A program made the position numbers and the translations under genes. Positions 8,202-13,535 of a stretch of 13,535 bases of DNA are shown here, piece by piece (position 1 is the first letter of the stretch; every line of letters starts with the position of its first letter). The notes under the pieces were generated by a model. The model was given only the letters and a program-made list of their open reading frames with translations, was not told where the DNA came from and did no database searches. The stretch is from NCBI GenBank assembly GCA_003558985.1, contig PWNJ01000252.1, positions 1 through 13,535 of the forward strand, read 5' to 3'. The stretch comes from a candidate division CSSED10-310 bacterium. GTDB taxonomy: Bacteria; CSSED10-310.

Positions 8202-9107
8202 TCAGATAACCTTGGTTATACAAATAAAATCATCGTAACGGTCTGTGATATTTTTTTCAGTCAGCGCGGCCAGTTTCCATGGACCAAAATCGGTAATATT
8301 GTATGAAGCGATTACTGAACCGTTAATAACCGCCTTGCGTAGAGTTTGACTGGTCACAGTACCATCTTTGGCAAGTGATCCCATGACACCTCCTGCAAAC
8401 GAATCACCCGCGCCTGTTGGATCAACCAAATCCGTGTCCGGAAAACCGGGAGTAAAAAACCATGTTCCGGAATGATACAATACAGACCCATATTCCCCAC
8501 GTTTGATAATGACAGATTTTGGTCCCATTGAAACAAGCGTTTTGACGCCGGAACGTAAATCAGGTTTTCCCGTCAGCAGTTGCAGTTCGCCTTCATTTAT
8601 GATCAACATGTCAATTCGTTTTAAAACGCGCAGCAGTTTATCCAAAGCTCCCTGTATCCAGAAGTTCATGGTATCCAGAGCTACCCATTTGGGTTTTTTT
8701 ATTTGAGACAGCACCTGTAATTGCAATACGGGGTCAATGTTGCCCAGGAAGACCCATTCTGTATCAGCATAACTATCGGGAATTACAGGTTGAAATGAGC
8801 TGAATACATTTAACTGCGTATCATGAGTTATTGCTTCATTCATGCGCCCTTTGTATTCTCCGGCCCAACGAAACGTGTTTCCCGCAACAATTTGTAATCC
8901 GGTCAAATCAATTTGTTTTGATTTCAAAAGGTTTGTAGCATCATTCGGGAAATCGGTTCCCACAACTGCAACCAGTCTTACCGGCGCAAAATGCGATGCT
9001 GCCAGACTGAAATAAACTGCTGAACCTCCCAGCATATCGTTTTTGGTACCCATTGGTGTTTGCACCGTATCCAGAGCAACTGATCCAACAACCAATACAG
9101 ATGACAT
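8202..9107 (-). CDS. PfkB/ribokinase-family carbohydrate or nucleoside kinase
   Basis: PfkB signature 2 DPTGAGDSFAGG. N-terminal VLVVGSVALD...LGGSA. Preferred start is the ATG at 9107 with GAGG 6 nt upstream; the reported GTG at 9125 and the ATG at 9119 are alternatives. The stop codon directly abuts the lon stop. Confidence 0.82.
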   Translation of the reverse strand: MSSVLVVGSVALDTVQTPMGTKNDMLGGSAVYFSLAASHFAPVRLVAVVGTDFPNDATNLLKSKQIDLTGLQIVAGNTFRWAGEYKGRMNEAITHDTQLNVFSSFQPVIPDSYADTEWVFLGNIDPVLQLQVLSQIKKPKWVALDTMNFWIQGALDKLLRVLKRIDMLIINEGELQLLTGKPDLRSGVKTLVSMGPKSVIIKRGEYGSVLYHSGTWFFTPGFPDTDLVDPTGAGDSFAGGVMGSLAKDGTVTSQTLRKAVINGSVIASYNITDFGPWKLAALTEKNITDRYDDFICITKVI

Positions 9108-9135
9108 AATGTACCTCATTTCCACAAGTTAAATG

Positions 9136-9966
9136 TTAATGCAAGTAATCTTTCAGATTTCGTTTTTGGGCCTTGAATTTCAATTTTTCTATCGCTCTGC
9201 GTTCAATCTGTCGAATACGCTCACGAGTCAAATTAAACCTTTCACCAATCTGCTGCAGCGTATAGTCGTTGCCATCGAAGCCAAAATGCATACGCAAGAT
9301 TTCTTTTTCACGGTCTGACAGACATGTGAGCAGCAACTCGACATCATCAACAAATTCATCTTTTATAACAAGATCATTCACATCGGCCCGATCATCCCTG
9401 ATATCCATTTGCGAAAACTCAACATCCTGGCCATTATTAGCTGTTTCCAGACTAATGGAATCAAGGCCGACTTGTGTGACCTTATCAATATCTTTCACAC
9501 TCAAATTGAGTTCTGCAGCTATTTCTTCCTTGGTGGGTTCCTGTCCCAATTCCTGCATCAGACGATTTCTGGTTTTTGATATGTTATACAGAAGAGTTTC
9601 CTGTTTTGGAGGCAGTCTGATCATGCGTTTTTTTGAGTATATTGCTCCCAGAATAGCCTGTCTGATCCACCAGACAGCATATGTTATGAATTTAACTCCC
9701 CTGTCCGGTTCAAATCGCCGTACAGCAGCCATAAGTCCAATGTTGCCCTCGTTGATCAAATCGCTCAGAGGCACCCCTGATTTTGCGTATTTTTTAGCGA
9801 TTCGTGCTACATAACGCAAATTTGCTTCGACCAGTTTGTTAATCGCATTCTCATCACCATCTTGCTGAATCTTCCTTGCAAGTTCGAGTTCTTCTTCTTT
9901 GGACAATTCCGGATATTTTTGAATCTGGTTAAAATAATAACGAAGTTCTTCCTGTTCAGTATTCAT
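9136..9966 (-). CDS. RNA polymerase sigma-70 family factor (regions 1.2, 2, 3 and 4; no region 1.1)
   Basis: DLINEGNIGLMAAVRRFEPDRGVKFITYAVWWIRQAI (regions 2.1-2.4). Region 3 TKEEIAAELNL. Region 4 TLQQIGERFNLTRERIRQIERRAIEKLK. About 277 aa from the ATG at 9966; the reported start at 9981 is a TTG. Whether it is a compact primary sigma (as in Bacteroidetes-type sigma A) or an RpoS/SigB-like alternative factor cannot be decided by eye. Confidence 0.85.
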   Translation of the reverse strand: MNTEQEELRYYFNQIQKYPELSKEEELELARKIQQDGDENAINKLVEANLRYVARIAKKYAKSGVPLSDLINEGNIGLMAAVRRFEPDRGVKFITYAVWWIRQAILGAIYSKKRMIRLPPKQETLLYNISKTRNRLMQELGQEPTKEEIAAELNLSVKDIDKVTQVGLDSISLETANNGQDVEFSQMDIRDDRADVNDLVIKDEFVDDVELLLTCLSDREKEILRMHFGFDGNDYTLQQIGERFNLTRERIRQIERRAIEKLKFKAQKRNLKDYLH

Positions 9967-9987
9967 CGAATCAATCCACAAGACTCA

Positions 9988-10374
9988 TTATGGGTTATCA
10001 TTACCCATTAAAGATTTACAGTTATTTATTACATCAATAATGCTTGATTTTACTGATTCTTCAACCGGATCATGTTCTTCAAGTAGATTAAGGAGTTCTT
10101 GCATTGCACATTGTGCTTCATGCTGCATCGTTTCAATTCTGGCGCGCATACGCAGAATTATTTCAACTCCGGCAAGATTAACTCCCAGGTCTCTGGTTAG
10201 CACCTGTATCCGTTCAATTGTCCGCACATCATCATCTGAAAACAAACGTGAGTTACCTTTGCTTCTTTTTGGTTTAAGAAACCCCATTTTTTCGTAAGTG
10301 CGAATTGTTTGAGCGTGAATATTCAGCATTTCAGCGATTACTGATATTCGATATTTGGGTTTTTGACTGGACAT
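9988..10374 (-). CDS. hspR: MerR-family heat-shock repressor, HspR-like
   Basis: Start taken at the internal ATG at 10374 (MSSQKPKYRISVIAEMLNIHAQTIRTYEKMGFLKPKRSKGNSRLFSDDDV...), 4 nt after the yjbQ stop. MerR HTH followed by an HspR-type extension. 128 aa. Confidence 0.78.
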   Translation of the reverse strand: MSSQKPKYRISVIAEMLNIHAQTIRTYEKMGFLKPKRSKGNSRLFSDDDVRTIERIQVLTRDLGVNLAGVEIILRMRARIETMQHEAQCAMQELLNLLEEHDPVEESVKSSIIDVINNCKSLMGNDNP

Positions 10375-10378
10375 TGGT

Positions 10379-10798
10379 TTACATACCGATAAGTTGCAGA
10401 ATAATCTTCCGGTGTCTGGGACCATTGTCAAAATCAACCACGATGAGTTGCTGCCATGTTCCCAGAGTCATTTCTTTGTTTACAAAAGGTACCGTTAATG
10501 ATGGACCAATCCAGGCCGCTCTAACATGCGAAAAACCGTTTCCGTCACCCCAGCGATTATTATGTTTGTACGGAATGTGTTCTGGTGCAGCACGTGCAAC
10601 AGCATCCTGAAAATCGCTGATGGCTCCAGATTCATATTCTATTGTCGTTATTGAAGCAGTTGATCCGGCCACAAAAACGGTAATTGTGCCTTTTTCGATG
10701 CCAGATTCAGCAATTTTCGCATTCACCTGTCGAGTAATATCATGAATACTTCCAAAACCTTGTGTGTCAATTGATATTTCTTCTGTTAACACATTCAT
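10379..10798 (-). CDS. yjbQ: YjbQ/UPF0047 family protein (secondary thiamine-phosphate synthase-like)
   Basis: 139 aa. Pattern HDITRQV...GTITVFVAGSTASITTIEYE...HNNRWGDGNGFSHVRAAWIGPSLTVP...GTWQQLIVVDFDNGPRHRK is collinear with YjbQ. Confidence 0.78.
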   Translation of the reverse strand: MNVLTEEISIDTQGFGSIHDITRQVNAKIAESGIEKGTITVFVAGSTASITTIEYESGAISDFQDAVARAAPEHIPYKHNNRWGDGNGFSHVRAAWIGPSLTVPFVNKEMTLGTWQQLIVVDFDNGPRHRKIILQLIGM

Positions 10799-10812
10799 AA
10801 TGTCATGATATC

Positions 10813-11847
10813 CTAGTTTCCATCAGCTCCGGGTCTGAGTGGAACTGCAGATTGTGACGGCTGAAACATTGATCCAAAAACACCTGAAAGATCCATAACA
10901 GAATGATTTTGCTGTCCTGTTGGGATACCCCAAATCTGCAGTTTGGGACTCAGGTTTTGAGCAAATTCCAATTGTACCAGAATTTCACCGCCTCCCATCG
11001 CTTCAACCATTGCGGCACGAGCTTCAGCTTCAGCCAGACCCACTTCGCGAATTCCTTCTGCAGCTTTTCGCCTGGCATAAAGGTCTGCATCCGCTTCCTG
11101 CCTGACCTGTTCTGCGCGACCTTTGGCTGTCTGTATCACCGCCAGTCTCTCACCTTCAGCCTCGGCCTCGCGTTTTTTCGCCCATTCAATCGCAGCCAAA
11201 TGCTGTTCTGAAGCAATCTTTTTCTGCTCGATAGCCGTCTGAAATTCTTCTGTAAACTCAAAACGACGTAGCAACACATCAATTACTTCAAGCCCAACAT
11301 CCATCGTTCCCCGGCGACCTACATGACCCTGATTAATTAAATCTGTTACCTCCAGGGCCACTGCCTGACGAGTTCGACCGTCGTATATCTCCTCCGCTGC
11401 ATACTCCCCCAGCTTGTTGTTTAACAACGAGCGAACTGTTGGCAATAACACATTCTCGAGGTATTCATGACCATATTCTCTGTGTAATACCGGTATTCTG
11501 TCATACATTAAACGATATCTGATTGTTGCATCAATCCATGCAATCTGACCATCACGCGTTTTAAATGACACATCATTTCTAACCGGCTCTGCATCTTTAA
11601 ACATATGATACCGCTGCTCATTTACCGGATATGTTTCTACATAGGAAACATGCGGGATGCTGACATATCGTCCAGGTGACAAAGGTTGTGATTTGATACC
11701 TCGTTGAAACCATTCAGCTTCACCAAATCCGCGTTCCAAACCGATCATTGTTGTTCTAACTCCAACTTCCTGTGGGCCGACTTCGGAACACCCCCATATT
11801 GCAAGTGCACCCGCCGCTAAAATAATTATGATCAAAACATATTTCAT
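10813..11847 (-). CDS. SPFH/band-7 (HflK/HflC/prohibitin-like) protein with N-terminal signal/lipobox or anchor
   Basis: Hydrophobic N-terminus ending LAIWGC (possible lipobox). SPFH core (GVRTTMIGLERGF...IDATIRYRL...LPTVRSLLNNKLGEY...). C-terminal Ala/Glu-rich coiled coil (KKREAEAEGERLAVIQTAKGRAEQVRQEADA). GGAGAG SD 8 nt upstream, embedded in the end of the preceding gene. Confidence 0.85.
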   Translation of the reverse strand: MKYVLIIIILAAGALAIWGCSEVGPQEVGVRTTMIGLERGFGEAEWFQRGIKSQPLSPGRYVSIPHVSYVETYPVNEQRYHMFKDAEPVRNDVSFKTRDGQIAWIDATIRYRLMYDRIPVLHREYGHEYLENVLLPTVRSLLNNKLGEYAAEEIYDGRTRQAVALEVTDLINQGHVGRRGTMDVGLEVIDVLLRRFEFTEEFQTAIEQKKIASEQHLAAIEWAKKREAEAEGERLAVIQTAKGRAEQVRQEADADLYARRKAAEGIREVGLAEAEARAAMVEAMGGGEILVQLEFAQNLSPKLQIWGIPTGQQNHSVMDLSGVFGSMFQPSQSAVPLRPGADGN

Positions 11848-11851
11848 GGCT

Positions 11852-13132
11852 TTACTCTCCTTGTTCCCTATTCATATGATCTGCATCAGGTAATGCAGAA
11901 TAAAAACTTCCAAACACAAAATCCCGGATATGACCCGAAAACACAATATCGTCATCAGTGTTTAAAGACCTGTCAAACCCCTTGCTTCGCAATGCATAGC
12001 TGGAATTCTTGCTGTGATACATAAAATCAGAACCATACCCGTCCTTCAGAATATTTTTATCAATCCATAATCCATCGACAAGTTCCTGCAACGAAACCGG
12101 AAATCGATCTTCGAACAAATGAAATAATAACACAGCCGATTGAATTTCTCCAGCCCGGCTGGCAGTAACAACATCAGCCGCCGGATCAAAATAATAATCT
12201 GTCAATATGATATAGTTGTTCATTCTTTCTAGAACCAGCATTACAGTCACTACCAGAAATACAGCTATCGAAAGAAGTTTGGTCATTCCGAGCAAGACCG
12301 ACCGAAATTGATTTAATTCCTGTTTTTCGGAGCCCTTTTTTGGTTTTCTTTTTTTGTTTAACAGTGTTTTTTTGTTATCAACGTTAATTAGCCCTGTATC
12401 CTGCATGTCAAGCAGGGCAATTCTTGTTTCCCATTCAAAGTAATGTACCGAATCAATAATATTACGAACAGAGAGATTTCCGTCAATAATCTCAAATAAA
12501 GCTTCCTGGCATTCAGTCAGTACAACAACCTTTTGATCTTTTGATGAGTGACGTATCCGGATGCCCTCTGGAACAATTTCAAAACCTGATTTTTTCTCTG
12601 GTATGACATCTTCAGGCAAACGTTCCTGTACCCAATTCCATGATTTTAGAATATCAGGACCAATGCGTATGATTTTATCAAGATGGGTCGGTTTATACAG
12701 ATGACGATCATAATGAATTGTTTCTGTGTTGTGAAAATAGTAAACACCTGATTTCCAGGTCAATCCCGGAAATAAATAAAGCATTTTTTGGTCTTCAAGC
12801 ATTCGTAGAAGTTCTGTTTCACTCAGATAGTTTTCATCAAGCGCAAGACGGCCAATTTTCAGCATTTTGTGTTTCTGATTTTCCAGAAGCTGCTTGATTT
12901 GTTCCTCATTGCAATGTCCACGGGTTATCAGCAATTGCCCTAGTGACTGGTGTTCTGAAAGTGAATGCGGTACAGCAAACGCGTAAGCCCCATTATCAAA
13001 ATAATAATCAAAAGTTACAAGATCCCCGGATACTGTCAGAACTCCAGTGAGTTGATTCGATGCTATATGTGATAACACTTTATATAATGGAACATTGTCT
13101 ATTCGGTCATTATTTTGAAAATGCGTGTTCAC
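11852..13132 (-). CDS. Single-pass membrane protein with cytoplasmic DUF4388-like N-terminal domain, Lys-rich linker and extracytoplasmic C-terminal domain
   Basis: The N-terminal 200 aa resemble DUF4388 (PLYKVLSHIASNQLTGVLTVSGDLVTFDYYFDNGAYAFA...LGQLLITRGHCNEEQIKQLLENQ...LGRLALDENYLSETELLRMLEDQ). Linker NKKTLLNKKRKPKKGSEKQ. TM LLGMTKLLSIAVFLVVTVMLVL. C-terminal domain of about 125 aa. Preferred start is GTG at 13132 with a GGAGGA SD 5-6 nt upstream and a GTGA overlap with the upstream stop; the reported GTG at 13201 would overlap the upstream gene by 73 nt. Family assignment is from memory of the Pfam description. Confidence 0.55.
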   Translation of the reverse strand: MNTHFQNNDRIDNVPLYKVLSHIASNQLTGVLTVSGDLVTFDYYFDNGAYAFAVPHSLSEHQSLGQLLITRGHCNEEQIKQLLENQKHKMLKIGRLALDENYLSETELLRMLEDQKMLYLFPGLTWKSGVYYFHNTETIHYDRHLYKPTHLDKIIRIGPDILKSWNWVQERLPEDVIPEKKSGFEIVPEGIRIRHSSKDQKVVVLTECQEALFEIIDGNLSVRNIIDSVHYFEWETRIALLDMQDTGLINVDNKKTLLNKKRKPKKGSEKQELNQFRSVLLGMTKLLSIAVFLVVTVMLVLERMNNYIILTDYYFDPAADVVTASRAGEIQSAVLLFHLFEDRFPVSLQELVDGLWIDKNILKDGYGSDFMYHSKNSSYALRSKGFDRSLNTDDDIVFSGHIRDFVFGSFYSALPDADHMNREQGE

Positions 13133-13527
13133 ACAGTATCCTCCATAAACGACCAAATAATGGAAATCAGATATATAATCACCAGCACGCTTATAGCGCA
13201 CATGCCGAATGGAAAGAAAGTGTCAGCCGGAATACGGTAGCAGGTTGGCAACATATGTCGGCTTGCAACCAGATATCCAAGCGCAATCGACCAAATAGCC
13301 ATAAGAACAGCGCCACTTGCTATATAGCCACTGTACAGTCTTCCAGACCCTGGAACAATCAGTGATAAAAAGATATGCAAAAGTTTTTTCCAATAGATAC
13401 GGTCAAGACTTTTCTTTCTGATATTTCCTTTTTTTGTATTATCGGGCAGTTTGTGCCGTTTGAAAAAATGCATGTAACAGATTTTGCATATTCTGTCCGC
13501 AGTTTTTTCAACTGGATGCGGTTTCAT
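13129..13527 (-). CDS. Small membrane protein with N-terminal Cys/His (zinc-ribbon-like) motif and 2-3 TM helices; possibly 5'-truncated by the window edge
   Basis: 132 aa from the ATG at 13527. HPVEKTADRICKICYMHFFKRH has one CxxC plus His residues. TM segments IFLSLIVPGSGRLYSGYIASGAVLMAIWSIALGYLV and FPFGMCAISVLVIIYLISIIW. No stop codon lies upstream within the remaining 8 nt, so the true start may be outside the window. Confidence 0.45.
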   Translation of the reverse strand: MKPHPVEKTADRICKICYMHFFKRHKLPDNTKKGNIRKKSLDRIYWKKLLHIFLSLIVPGSGRLYSGYIASGAVLMAIWSIALGYLVASRHMLPTCYRIPADTFFPFGMCAISVLVIIYLISIIWSFMEDTV

Positions 13528-13535
13528 CGCTGTTC

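Noticed and set aside
9269-9814. 181-aa ORF on the plus strand inside the sigma factor gene
   Set aside because: It is antisense to a well-supported sigma-70 CDS. The Ser/Ile-rich low-complexity translation is typical of an antisense reading frame, and it has no recognisable domain or start context.

Overview
This is a gene-dense chromosomal window of roughly 45% GC with housekeeping and stress genes on both strands. No mobile elements, CRISPR arrays or large repeats are visible.

Gene layout:
- Minus strand 2493->18: an AMIN/Amidase_3 cell-wall amidase, a GerMN-domain membrane protein, RdgB dITP/XTP pyrophosphatase and tRNA-Pro(UGG).
- Plus strand 2671..4035: a stand-alone MurF-type Mur ligase, transcribed divergently from the amidase.
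- Minus strand 4039..5636: tmk and ricT(yaaT), joined by a GTGA stop/start overlap and converging on murF with a 3-nt gap.
- Plus strand 5802..8201: Lon protease with a lysine-rich N-terminal extension and an overlapping 11-codon uORF.
- Minus strand 13527->8202: a tightly packed seven-gene array. In order: a Zn-ribbon-like small membrane protein, a DUF4388-like single-pass membrane protein, an SPFH/band-7 protein, YjbQ, an HspR-like MerR repressor, a region-1.1-less sigma-70 family factor, and a PfkB-family kinase. Its last stop codon abuts the lon stop codon.

The most interesting candidate is this array. It links a membrane-anchored SPFH scaffold and a DUF4388 transmembrane protein to a heat-shock repressor and a sigma factor in one apparent operon. 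The DUF4388 protein has an anti-sigma-like topology.

All product calls rest on reading motifs in the supplied translations. No database searches were run.
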